Of a DNA stretch of 64,000 nt, positions 49,061 to 62,119 are shown piece by piece. This stretch comes from Octopus bimaculoides (Eukaryota). The stretch's first letter is position 1. The number at the start of each line of letters is the position of its first letter. The position numbers and the translations under genes were made by a program. The notes under the pieces were generated by a model. That model saw only the letters and a list, made by a program, of their open reading frames with translations, was not told where the DNA came from and ran no database searches. The stretch spans positions 93,121,306 through 93,185,305 of the forward strand of contig NC_068988.1 of the NCBI RefSeq assembly GCF_001194135.2, read 5' to 3'.

Positions 49061-50631
49061 TGAATCCACCCAGAAAGTGTAATAATTGTTGCTTCAGAAA
49101 GACTCTACAAAGCAGTGGTTTTCAACTGGGGTCCATACAAGTTTTTGGGAGATTTTTCGTATACAAAGATTTGATAAACAAGACTATAAATTATAACTGA
49201 CCCCATAAAACAGTGACAAGCTAGATCTCTAACAAGACTTTCTTCCTGATACATTAGAATCTTCTAAGCTGAAGTGAAGACAGCATGTTCTTTGTCTATC
49301 TCCTTACCTCCTTGGAGGTTTTAGGTAAAATTATACTAATGTGTCCATCTGTTTTAATTCAATTCTATGTATTTATGCAGCTGAGGATTGCTCTGCATTT
49401 AAATTGATGTAATGATTGCATTGTTCAATTAAATGGAGTCACTTGAAATGATTGTACTGTATTACCTCTGGATATCCTGTTGCTTATTTTGATTTTATAT
49501 ATACACACACACACACATATATATATANNNNNNNNNNNNNNNNNNNNNNNNNNNNNNNNNNNNNNNNNNNNNNNNNNNNNNNNNATATATATACAGAGAG
49601 AGAGAGAGAGAAACAGATATGATGTATATATGCTTTTTGTCTCATCCACTGCTTGACAACTACTGTCAGTTTGTTTATGTCCCTGTGATTTAGCAGTTCA
49701 GCAAAAGAGACTGATAGAATAAGTACCAGACTTTATGAAAAAAAAAAAAAACCCAATAACTAAATACTGTGGTTCGTTTGTTCCACTAAATCCCCTCCAG
49801 ACAGTGTCACAGCATGGCCACAGTCCAGTGAGCGAAACAAGCAGAAGGCCACAGATAACCAGTGCTGTAAGCTACCCCCCTCATTGCCCTGTTTATGAGT
49901 CATTTCTAAATGTTTCATCATCGAGATGACCATCTTATCTATCTCATAAGCCCAGTGAAGCAGAGCTAAACTGGATCTTCTCACTAATGGCTAAAGATAA
50001 CCTTTAAATTCAGAGACCAGCAGTCGATGACATCCATAACTTGCAACAGTCACGATATAATATCACTCCGTTTCCTTCGATCAACAAATGAAATTTAAAA
50101 TGTCAACCACACATTATGTTTTCGAGATGTGTTTGATATCTTACTCAAGTATTAGCATCCAGCTGACTATTTAACTTTATTTTTCATTTTTTTTTTTTAC
50201 CAACACTGTTTTGTTCTGTAAAGTGTCTGGTGATCTTCATGTGTCGGATATATACAAACATCATCATCATCATCATCACCATGATTGGTTTAACTTCCAC
50301 TTTCCCATGCTCGCATGGGTCAGACGAATTTGTCAAGGCACAGTTTCTGTGGTGAGTTACCTTTCCTGTCATCAACCCTTACTTGTTTCTGACAGAGGCA
50401 GTGATTCCCCATGACCAGATATGTTTTCCATGGAAGACAGGTAACAAACAACCTTGCTTGTATGATGATGAATATGATGATGATGACGATCATTTACAAC
50501 CAGGGCTGTCGAGTCAGAGTCGGAATCAGAAACAATTAAGGTGGGTAACTCAAGTTGGAGTCAGTAAAACTATACTGACTCATGGCTGGAACATCTTTGA
50601 TCATAAAGTCTGCTCCATCAGGGTTGATCTT

Positions 50632-50840
50632 AAGTGTATGCTAGTAAGTGTATGCTAGAAAGTGTATGTGATTGTATGCTAGTAAGTGTTTACAAGGAGG
50701 TATATGCTAGTAAGTGTATGATAGTAAGTGTACACTAGAAAGTGTATATCAATAAGTGTCTGCGAGTAAGTGTATACTAAGAAGTCTATACTAATAAGTG
50801 CATGATAATAAGTGTAAGTGTATGCTAGTAAGTGTATATG
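50632..50840. repeat. 14-bp minisatellite (AAGTGTATGCTAGT), about 15 degenerate units
   Basis: The periodicity is directly visible. Confidence 0.85.
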
Positions 50841-51289
50841 TGAGTGTACTCCATCTGGAGATGGCTGAAGAACACAAATAAAGACGGTGAATTTAAGGGA
50901 GTATTAATTATGATTAAAGATGAAGGAAACCAAACATGGACTAAACATGTCCCAATGTGAGTGAAAATTAGTTGACAGGAAAATAGATCAAACATTCAAA
51001 TGCCCGAATGGACAAAGTAATGGCTATCCAACCAAGAAACCTGTGATTCTTGTCCCATCCATGGCACAGTTTTGCATCAGCATCACACTGAACTTGTAAA
51101 ATGGCTCAGTCTGCCTAGCTGTAAACTCCAAGTCCAATATTACTCTGGTGGGAGAAGAAAAATAATAAACCACTGAAGAACCACTGAGTTACTTCTGTGG
51201 GATTCCAGGAGAGCTTTGCGAATGCAAACGTCATACAGGGTCCTTAAAAGTCAGGTTTAACTGCAAGATTCTATTCCTCAGTTTATATA

Positions 51290-51451
51290 CCATATTCTAA
51301 CATGTATAAGGAACCCTTTTAGGTCAAAAATTAGGTTAAAAAAATATAGGAGTTTCTTATAAATCGATAGTATTATAATCCCTTACAAAACTGTTTTTCC
51401 AAATTTTAAGCCCCAAAACTTAGGGGGTTCCTTATACACGTTAAAATACGG
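51290..51451. mobile_element. Tc1/mariner-superfamily (Tc2-like) MITE, 162 bp
   Basis: TA flanks and TIRs of about 27 bp, CCATATTCTAACATGTATAAGGAACCC / GGGTTCCTTATACACGTTAAAATACGG. Confidence 0.8.
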
Positions 51452-52683
51452 TATATGAGAATCTTATTTCTTAAGAGCTGGTGTTTTGTTTTGGCTTCAA
51501 TAGAACTCCTTGCGCAGCTGAGAGGATCTTACCTTGGTGACCACACTGGTGCAGCTATCACGTAAAAAGCACCCAGTACACTCTGCAAAGTGGTTGACGT
51601 TAGGAAGAGGTATTAAGCTGTAGAAAGCATGTCAAAGCAGGCTCTGGTGTTTGGTGCAGTCTTCTGGTTCACCAGTTCCTATCGAACCGCCCAACACATG
51701 CCAGCATGGAACATGGACGTTAAATGGTAATGGCCATGATTCACAACACGAAGCGAATGAGAAATAAATCTGCCCGTGGCTAGGATGTGTGACAATTTCA
51801 GTTCACATTTTCGGATGGGTCAGGTACGTATTCCCGACAACTTGGGATAATCAACCTTTACTCTCCAAATAAACGAACGGATACCGTTTAGATTTAACCA
51901 AGGTTTAATCAACACCCATGAGCTGATAATCCAATACTTGGTGCAGTCTGGGCGGAGGTAAAGAATACGTACACCACCAGTTTTCAGGGTTACAAAGACC
52001 CTAACCCTAACCCTAACCACCGGGTATACATATTCTTTACTTTCACCGGTCTGATCAAGCAGACCTATAATTAAAACACTGCCAACCGTGACCAATCTGT
52101 CCATTTAGTATGCAGGGCTACATTATTTAATACGTCCTTTTTAAAGAAGTAGAATCGTTAGCTGCTATTTCTAGCAACTCGAGTGGCCATATAAAGGTTC
52201 CTTTGTTAGCCTGTCCGGGTCAATTCACTTGCACGCCATACAAGCTTGGGGTTACAATACTACAAGGATTAGCTGATGACTTCCACATTAATATCCATTT
52301 CTTCGGCTCACATAGCTTGATATTTAAACACTGTATGGGCATCGTTTAAGTATCAACACAAAATATAAGATACTTGTTGTTGTAAGTCCAGTCCCTGCAG
52401 CTATTTACTACCACCACCACCGCTACCGCCACCATCGTATCAAATACGTATACATACACAGCACTTTAGAAATGGATAAACATGAAGAATAGGATACGAA
52501 ATCTTAAATATGGAAAATGTTTCAATAAAAACCTGTGTATTTAATAAACACCATCATCTAAGGTCATCGGAAAGAAAAACGATAAACGGATCCAAAAGAG
52601 GGGGGAATGGTTGATAGATTTTATTGATAGCTAAACACACACACACACACACAAACATATATATATATATATATATATATATA

Positions 52684-53417
52684 NNNNNNNNNNNNNNNNN
52701 NNNNNNNNNNNNNNNNNNNNNNNNNNNNNNNNNNNNNNNNNNNNNNNNNNNNNNNNNNNNNNNNNNNNNNNNNNNNNNNNNNNNNNNNNNNNNNNNNNNN
52801 NNNNNNNNNNNNNNNNNNNNNNNNNNNNNNNNNNNNNNNNNNNNNNNNNNNNNNNNNNNNNNNNNNNNNNNNNNNNNNNNNNNNNNNNNNNNNNNNNNNN
52901 NNNNNNNNNNNNNNNNNNNNNNNNNNNNNNNNNNNNNNNNNNNNNNNNNNNNNNNNNNNNNNNNNNNNNNNNNNNNNNNNNNNNNNNNNNNNNNNNNNNN
53001 NNNNNNNNNNNNNNNNNNNNNNNNNNNNNNNNNNNNNNNNNNNNNNNNNNNNNNNNNNNNNNNNNNNNNNNNNNNNNNNNNNNNNNNNNNNNNNNNNNNN
53101 NNNNNNNNNNNNNNNNNNNNNNNNNNNNNNNNNNNNNNNNNNNNNNNNNNNNNNNNNNNNNNNNNNNNNNNNNNNNNNNNNNNNNNNNNNNNNNNNNNNN
53201 NNNNNNNNNNNNNNNNNNNNNNNNNNNNNNNNNNNNNNNNNNNNNNNNNNNNNNNNNNNNNNNNNNNNNNNNNNNNNNNNNNNNNNNNNNNNNNNNNNNN
53301 NNNNNNNNNNNNNNNNNNNNNNNNNNNNNNNNNNNNNNNNNNNNNNNNNNNNNNNNNNNNNNNNNNNNNNNNNNNNNNNNNNNNNNNNNNNNNNNNNNNN
53401 NNNNNNNNNNNNNNNNN
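52684..53417. other. Assembly gap between (AT)n microsatellites, the largest of several N runs (another is 30147-30620)
   Basis: Run of N. Confidence 0.99.
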
Positions 53418-53463
<46 letters not shown>

Positions 53464-54801
53464 AGTTAAGTTCGGACACATGTACGCATACATTTGCAAT
53501 ATGCCTGTATCTGAGCAATACATACTTACATAGACACATTTACATACAGTGATACGCACATATATATTTACATAGTAAATACGGGCATTGTACATTTACA
53601 TGGATAAGAACATATTTGCATATACGCTTGAATAAAGGACATCAACATACAAATATCGGTTAATATCTACCTTATTTACATTCACGGATGGAGAAGAAAT
53701 ACATACATCCGCAGAGGACGTGTGTGTGTGTGTGTATATATATATACATACATACAAACGCACCTCCGTTTCCATATATATGTATGTATATATATATATA
53801 TATAATTTACCATATCAATTTTACATTTATGTATAGGAATATATATTTACATCCGTGCATATGAAACATAAAAATGATGACATCAAAACCATCTTAATGA
53901 ATTTAAGAACAATGTCTTTTGGGGATTTTTGGGGGTGGTTTTTAATTGAAAGAAAGAAGAAAAGAACGGGTACCTGTCGAGTGGAGGGATTGTGTAGACT
54001 ATTTCCTTTTTCTTAGCCAGCGCTGAGAAAAGGAAATTTAACAAACATCCATCAGTTTAGAAATATTCCTTCCTCGTCGGTTCGATGTCCATTGATGTTA
54101 AAATGCTTTCAGATAAACATGAAGAAAGTATTGGAGATGCGTGAAGAATATATCAAAACTCTTGCTTATTTCAAGCCTCTTGGTTACGGCTGCCGTTGCT
54201 TATTTGTCTGTTTGTTATAAAGGATATCTTTTAAATAATACAGAAGCATCCGTTGTTTGAGAAGAGAGAGAAGATAGGTCGGTGGTGTTGCAAGTAAAAT
54301 GTCAGCGACGAGTGGCAACGACCAACATTGAGTCGTTTGTCAGTGACAAATATATTCCAGAAGGATCAAGGCCACGTTGTCACAGGAACCCCTTAAAGAT
54401 TATTCTTTCTCCTTTCTTCTATGTAAGATGTAAAATACGAAGAACGAGCAGCAAGCGTTGGAAAGTAATTGTTTGGTTGGAGGTGGGTAAATTTTTGTGA
54501 TGTAGTTTTTTTTATATAAAGATATTTTTTTCCGTTTGCTTTTCTTGTTGCCTGGTGTCTTTAACGACCGTTATAGGAACTTGGAAATAAGAAAGGGAAG
54601 CAAAAATTAAGTTAGAATTAATAAATAAAGATGAAGCTTTGATAAAAAGCGGTAATCGTGAAGGAATGAGTAGGATACATTGGAAAAGAAACGGTTTGGA
54701 ATAGTTGTTATTGTTTTAAAGTTGGTTCAATATTAGACGAAGAGTACGCAACCATATTTAAAGTAAGGGCGGTAATTCTGTCTTTACTGTGTCGAAATAG
54801 T

Positions 54802-55775
54802 CATGTGGTACAGCATCGGTGAAGCGCCGGACTACGTATGTTGCTGCCACATGTGGCACGGCATCGGGAGAGTGCCGTATTACACGACTTACTGTCACGT
54901 GTGGTTCAGAATCGGAGAAGCGCCGGACTAGATAAGTTGCTGTCACATGTAACACAGCATCGGGGAAGCGCCGGACTACATATGTTGCTGTCACATGTAG
55001 CACAGCATCGGGAAAGTGCCGTGTTACACGACTTACTGTCACGTGTGGTACAGAATCGGAGAAGCGCCGGACTAGATAAGTTGTNNNNNNNNNNNNNNNN
55101 NNNNNNNNNNNNNNNNNNNNNNNNNNNNNNNNNTCAGAATCGGAGAAGCGCCGGACTAGATAAGTTGCTGTCACATGTAACACAGCATCGGGGAAGCGCC
55201 GGACTACATATGTTGCTGTCACATGTAGCACAGCATCGGGAAAGTGCCGTGTTACACGACTTACTGTCACGTGTGGTACAGAATCGGAGAAGCGCCGGAC
55301 TAGATAAGTTGTTGTTACATGTGACACAACATCGGGGAAGCGCCGGACTATATATGATACTGTCACATGTGGTACAACATTGGGGAAAGTGCTGGACTAC
55401 ATGTATTGAAAGTGCCGGACTACATGGTGTAGCATCGGAAAAGCGCCGGATTAGATATGTTGTTGTGACGTGATACATCATCGGGAAAGTGCCAGTATAC
55501 ATGTGGTACAGCATGTACGCTGTTGCCACATGTAGAACAACATCGGCAAATAACCAGACTACATGTGTTATATGTGGCACATCATCAGGAAAGGGAGTAC
55601 ATGTGGAACAGCATCAATGAAATGCCAGACTAGATATGTTGCTGTCACATGTGGGACAGCATTGGGGAAGCACTGGACTACATATGTTGCTGTTGCATGT
55701 GGTATAACATTGAGAAAGCACCAGACTCACATGTGGTACAGCATCAGTGAAAAGAGCCAGACTGAATATGTTAAT
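54802..55775. repeat. 48-bp minisatellite, about 20 units, with a 144-bp trimeric higher-order repeat
   Basis: Unit CATGTGGTACAGCATCGGGGAAGCGCCGGACTACATATGTTGCTGTCA. The ORF track shows 16-aa periodicity. There is an internal assembly gap at 55085-55133. Confidence 0.93.
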
Positions 55776-55960
55776 GCTGTGTTTCTCCCCTTCATGTTCT
55801 CTGCTTTGCCATCCATCTCATTGGGTGGGGGTGGAGGGGGAGGTCAACAAAATAAGTACCAGTTATATACTGTAAACTGATTTAATTGGTCCAATCTTAC
55901 CCCTTTAGTAATAACTCTTGTGCTTTGTCAGAAGCCAACTGAAGAGACAAATAGTTAAGG

Positions 55961-56170
55961 CGGTGGGAGCTGGCAGAAACGTTAGCATGCCGGGCGAAAT
56001 GCTTAGCGGTATTTAGTCTGTCTTTATGTCCTGAGTTCAAATTCCGCCGAGGTCGACTTTGCCTTTCATCCTTTCGAGGTCGATAAATTAAGTACCAGTT
56101 GCATGCCGAGGTTGATCTAATCGACCGCTCCCCCAAAATTTCAGGTCTTGTGTCTAGAGTAGAAAAGAAG
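55961..56170 (+). mobile_element. Family B SINE monomer, representative full-length copy
   Basis: GGCGGTGGGAGCTGGCAGAAACGTTAGC...GAGTTCAAATTCCGCC...GTCTAGAGTAGAAAAG. Other copies lie near 4030, 4274, 9375, 18763 (minus) and 22930, 23380, 24589, 32575, 42337, 61500, 61905 (plus). Confidence 0.85.
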
Positions 56171-56305
56171 AGAGAAATAGCTCACCATCCACTTAACCAG
56201 CATTGTAATCTGCTCAGGGCTAAAACATTCTCTCTACACGTCCACCTCGATCTAACTGTAGCCTAAAGGACTGGGTTCAGCTTACTGCAATAGATAGGCA
56301 AAGGT

Positions 56306-56741
56306 CAGGGACGGATTGAGACCCATAGAGGCCCTAAGCACTTAAAAGGTTGTGGTGCCCTGAAGTATACATAAATGGTTCAAAATGTAAACAATAATAA
56401 CACATGAAATAAATTTTTATTTTTCAAAATGAAACAAAATTCACAGTAAGATGGAGAATAATGTTTATTTTTGTATGCTTCCCCTTTATTTATATTTGAA
56501 AAGTTTTCTCCTTTGTTTTGTTTTTTTTAATTACAAAGTGTTCGATGACATTAAAATTAATTTTACACAAAACTTCAGCTTCTATACTGAGTAGAGACAA
56601 GGCATTGCGAATATTATTTTAGCAAGTTTAAAGTGATTTCTTTTGTGTTGTAAACCATTTACCATTTCTGTGGTGCCCCCACCCCTTCCCTCGATGCCCT
56701 AAGCACAAGCTTATTTTACTTAATGGGTTAATCCAGCACTG
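56306..56741. mobile_element. hAT-type MITE, 436 bp
   Basis: Termini CAGGGACGGATT / AATCCAGCACTG and a perfect 8-bp TSD GCAAAGGT (56298-56305 and 56742-56749). Confidence 0.88.
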
Positions 56742-59597
56742 GCAAAGGTTGTACAATAATCCTTTCTAATAGAAGCACAAGGCCTGAAATTTTGTGGAAG
56801 GGAGTTAGTCAATTGTATCAACCCAGTGCTATGTGGGTATTTATTTTATCGACCCCTCAAAACGAAGTAAGGTAAAGTTGACCCCAGTGGTATTCGAACT
56901 CAAAAAGTAAAGACAGAGGAAATGTTGCTTAGCATTTTGTCCTGTGTGCCAATGCTTTCAATAACATGGTTTAACTTTGGTTCTGTCCAAGATAACAAAA
57001 ACCCATTCTGGTGTGGTCTTCCCTACAAGAGTTGCTGGTAATTCATTGCTATTAATTTCATTCTCAATGCCTGATGATCATCACAAGATACAGAAAGCTC
57101 TCTCTCTCTCTCCCTCTCATAAGGTGTTGGATACTTGGCATTGTTTCTTTGCCCTCATGAAAGCAGGAACACCCATCCCATCTCATTTTAGATCTTCCAT
57201 CTTTTTCTAAGAAATATGTAATAAACATATTTCATTTAGCAAACCTAGAGCCGAGAGGGCATTTCATTGAGTTTGCAAATAGCAATGAAAGAACTTTCAA
57301 AAACCTAACTGATTGGCAGATTGACTTAACAATCAATTAGTTAATTAGTTAAATAGTGAACCATGCTGTTACCACTTACAAAGCACCCAGTACACTCTGT
57401 AAAGTGGTTGGCATTAAAAAGGACATCCAGCCGTAGAAACCATGGCAAAACAGATGACTGGAGCCTGGTGTAGCTCCTGTTAAATGTCCAACCCATGGCA
57501 GCATGGGAAACAGATGTTAAATGAAGATGATGATGATGACAACAACAATGATGACAACTATGATGATGATGGTGACGAAGAAGGACCAGTGTGTGTGTGT
57601 GTGTTTTTGTGGCTCTGTGGTAAGGAGCTTGCTTACCAACCACATTGTTCTGGGTTCAGTCCCACTGCATGGTACCTTGGGCAAGTGTCTTCTACTACAG
57701 CCTCGGGCCAACCAAAGCCTTGTGAGTGGATTTGGAGACGGAAACTGAAAGAAGCCCGTCATATATATGTATATACATATATGTGTGTGTGTATGCATTT
57801 GTGTGTCTGTGTTTGTCCCCCCAACATCACTTGACAACCGATGCTGGTGTGTTTACATCCCCATCACTTAGCGGTCCAGCAAGAGAGACCGATAGAATAA
57901 GTACTAGTCTTACAAAGAATAAGTCGTGGGGTCGGTTTGCTCAACTAAAGGTGGTGCTCCAGCATGGCCGCAGTCAAATGATTTATATGGATTCATAGCT
58001 TGTAGGGATCACTTTGGTACTGTGTGGTTTTCTTTCCAGGTAAACTAATTAGGCTTAGACAAAGCTTAGATATTGGTGTCTAGTTTTGAGAGATTCTATG
58101 GTATGTATATATATANNNNNNNNNNNNNNNNNNNNNNNNNNNNNNNNNNNNNNNNNNNNNNNNNNNNNNNNNNNNNNNNNNNNNNNNNNNNNNNNNNNNN
58201 NNNNNNNNNNNNNNNNNNNNNNNNNNNNNNNNNNNNNNNNNNNNNNNNNNNNNNNNNNNNNNNNNNNNNNNNNNNNNNNNNNNNNNNNNNNACTGGTGAA
58301 ACCCGATGGCTACACCAGGCTCCAATCTGATTTGGCAGAGTTTCTACAGCTGGATGCCCTTCCTAACACCAACCACTCAGAGAGTGTAGTGGGTGCTTTT
58401 ACGTGTCACCGGCACGAAGGCCAGTCAGGCGGTACTGGCAATGGCCACACTCAAAATGGTGTATTTTATGTGCCACCTGCATAAGAGCCAGTTCAGGGGC
58501 ACTAGCAACGATCTCACTCGAAAGTCCTTACACATGCCGCAGGCACAAGTGCCAGAAAGGCGACGCTGGGCACTGGTGCCATCACGATTTCGCTTTCGCT
58601 TGCCCCAACAGGTCCTCACAAGCTGAGTTACGTGTCCAATGAAGGAGAGACCATAGAATCTCCTATATATATATGATTGAGTATTCCTTGGTATCTTGTA
58701 TCCTAAATGTAATATTCTAGCATAGCAATATGTGACAAAGCCAGACAATTGAATTACAGCCTGTCAAAAACTAAATTTGCTGCTTACTAGATTATCAACC
58801 ACCAGGTTATGGATGTGGAATGAAAAACAGATGCTATAACAAAATAAAACAAAGGTGACTATAATAGCATCTGTATTTTAAATAGCCACTGTTATTCTAC
58901 AATGATCCAATTACTTCATACTTAATTACAAACTAAAAGAGAAAATTGAAGAAGAGGAATAAAAACATTAAACAATATTACAACTTTTTTTTTATATAAA
59001 GAGAATCAAAAGCGATTTCAGTGAAGCCGACATTCATCACCATCATCATTATGTTTTGCCCATGGTCAATGATGGTATGGGCTTGGCAGGATTTGATGGA
59101 CCCAAGGATGTATCATATGCAGTCATCATCATCATCATTATAATTTAATGTCCATTTTCTATGCTAGCATGGGTTAGGTAGCTTCACAGGATCTGCGCTG
59201 ACTCCAGTTGTCTGTCTTGGTATGGTTTCTATGGCTGGATGCCCTTCCTAATGCCAACCACTTTACAGAGCGTACTTTGCTTTTTATGTGGCACCAGCAT
59301 GGATGAAGTTAATGTAGCACCAGTGCCCGCAGATAAAAAATTTGTTTTAGCATTAAAAGCAGTATTAGTTCAAAATAGCTTTTGTGCATCATTCCTATAT
59401 ATGTGTGTGTGTGTGTGTGTATGTATATGTATATATATGTATATAGTTGGAATTTACAGAAAAACAATAAATGAAGATAGGCGTATAAACAACAAACAAG
59501 TGTACTAGTTTAATGCATGGGAAGGTGAGAAAGTCTTTTACATTTCGAGCCTATGCTCTTCAACAGAAAAGAACATGAGGAAATAAACAGAGAGAGA

Positions 59598-59637
<40 letters not shown>

Positions 59638-59817
59638 CATCATCGTCGTTTAACGTCCGCTTTCCATGCTAGCATGGGTTGGACGATTTGACTGAGGACC
59701 GGCCACAGTCAAATGACTGAAACAAGTAAAAGAATAAGAAAATAAAAGAACACATCAAATGGCTGTGGAAGAGTCCAGTAGACTAAAACAGGAACCAAAG
59801 GGGTACTTTAGCAAAAA

Positions 59818-60215
59818 GGGGTGGCTCTGTGGTAAGTAGCTTGCTTACCAACCACATGGTTCAGGGTTCAGTCCCACCTCGTGGCACCTTGGGCAAGTGT
59901 CTTCTACTATAGCCTTGGTCCGACCAAAGCCTTGTGAGTGGATTTGGTAGGTGGAAACTGAAAGAAGACCATCGTATATATATGTATATGTATATATGTG
60001 TGTGTGTCTGTGTTTGTCCCCCCAACATCGCTTGACAGCCGATGGTGGTGTGTTTACGTCCCCCGTAACTTAGCGGTTCGGCAAAAGAGACCGATAGAAT
60101 AAGTACTAGGCTTACAAAGAATAAGTCCTGGGGTCGATTTGCTCGACTAAAGGCGGTGCTCCAGCATGGCCGCAGTCAAATGGCTGAAACAAACAAAAGA
60201 GTTGAAGAGTAAAAG
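59818..60215 (+). mobile_element. Family A tRNA-derived SINE with an internal TA/TG microsatellite, representative full-length copy
   Basis: tRNA-like head GTGGCTCTGTGGTAAG...GGGTTCAGTCCC, a body, and a 3' CCAGCATGGCCGCAGTCAAATG.CTGAAACA tail. Other copies lie near 515 (5' truncated), 31226, 40288, 45762 and 57609, with many partial reverse copies. Confidence 0.85.
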
Positions 60216-61860
60216 AGTAACCATTAGTCCAACCCATTCCAGCATGGAAAACAGACATTAAATATTAATGCTGTATTTTACTATATTGTATCATATTATA
60301 TCAGATGATAATAACATGACTTCTTATTTGATAACAATTCTTAATATGACAGTGTTAGAAATTATTAATAATGATGTTGTTATTTTATGCCATATTTTGT
60401 GGTTGACTGTTGGAAGGGCATCCAGCTTATGAAACGGAATCAACCACCGCTGCAATTACTTAATGCTTCTGTTGACATCATTTCATACATCTCTGTAGTT
60501 GCTATAGTAACAGAATGTATCTGTGTTTATCCGTTTAATCTCTGCGACAACAGTGAGAGGAGAAGGAAGAGGCAAGATTATTGAATCGACTGAAGGAAAG
60601 GATGAATATATCAAATTTTATTTTATTGAAATAAGCATTTCATCATCATCACAATCCTCATCATCATCGACAACATCGTTGTTGTCATCATCATCATCAT
60701 CATCATTTCTTTATCATAGCAGTGTTTGTGCAAGGAGAGCAACGACTACATTGGTATAAAGAGGTTGCGGGGATGCATGAGGTAATACTAAGGTGGTGGC
60801 GGTGGAGGGTGTCTTCAGTCGAAGTATATCAAGCAATAAATGATAATTAATTGGAATAACGAGAAATATATGTCAGATCAGACGAGGAAATGTTTTTTTT
60901 TTTCTCTTAAATGACACGACACAGAACTGAGGTGTAAAAATCTCGTTTGCAACAGAGGAAGATAAACATCAGATGATGATGATGATGCTGATGATGATGA
61001 TGATGCTGATGATGATGATGATGCTGATGATGATGATGGTGACTATGGTATGACATCACCATGGTTTCCTGTTTGGTTAACAAAAGATTTTTAAAGTATT
61101 GACGAATTTAGAACTTCGAAACAAATGCAAACGTAGTAGTACAATTGCAGAGAGACACAAGCCATACAAAGAGGTACATGTACTGCTATAGAAGCACGGC
61201 TGTATATATATACATATATATACATATATANNNNNNNNNNNNNNNNNNNNNNNNNNNNNNNNNNNNNNNNNNNNNNNNNNNNNNNNNNNNNNNNNNNNNN
61301 NNNNNNNNNNNNNNNNNNNNNNNNNNNNNNNNNNNNNNNNNNNNNNNNNNNNNNNNNNNNNNNNNNNNNNNNNNNNNNNNNNNNNNNNNNNNNNNNNNNN
61401 NNNNNNNNNNNNNNNNNNNNNNNNNNNNNNNNNNNNNNNNNNNNNNNNNNNNNNNATTATTATTATTATTATTATGATTATTATTATTATTATTATTATC
61501 AAGGTGCCAAGTTGGCAAAATCGTTAGCATGCTGGCCTAAATTTTTAGTGATATTTTGCCTGTCGCTACGTTCTGAGTTCAAATTCCACTGAGGTCGATT
61601 TTGCCTTTTATCCTTTCAGGGTCGATAAATTAAGTACCAGTTGAACACTGGGTCCCCTCCCACAAAATGGCTAGCCTTGCGGCAAAATTTGAAACCGTTG
61701 TTATTATTATTATTACTATTATTATTATTATTATTATTATTATCATTATTATTATTATTATTATTTTAATTTTTATTATCACCACACTAATGCATGTTTA
61801 GTTACCAGGTATTATTATTGTTGTTGTTGTTGTTGTTGTTATCATTATTATTATTATTTC

Positions 61861-61899
<39 letters not shown>

Positions 61900-62074
61900 A
61901 TTATTGGTGGTATTTCGTCTGTCTTTACATTCTGTTTTCAAATTCCGGCGAGGTCGACTTTGCCTTTCATCCTTTCGGTGTCAATGAAATAAGTACCAGT
62001 TATGCACTGGGGTCGATGTAATCAACTAGCTCCCCTCCCCCAAAGTTTCAGGTCTTGTACCTATAGCAGAAAGG

Positions 62075-62119
<45 letters not shown>

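Noticed and set aside
54758-55580. ORFs of 150-210 aa in three frames over the 48-bp array, and a possible CRISPR-like look
   Set aside because: The open frames follow from a stop-poor unit whose length is a multiple of 3. The units are contiguous with no unique spacers and the context is eukaryotic, so this is not CRISPR.
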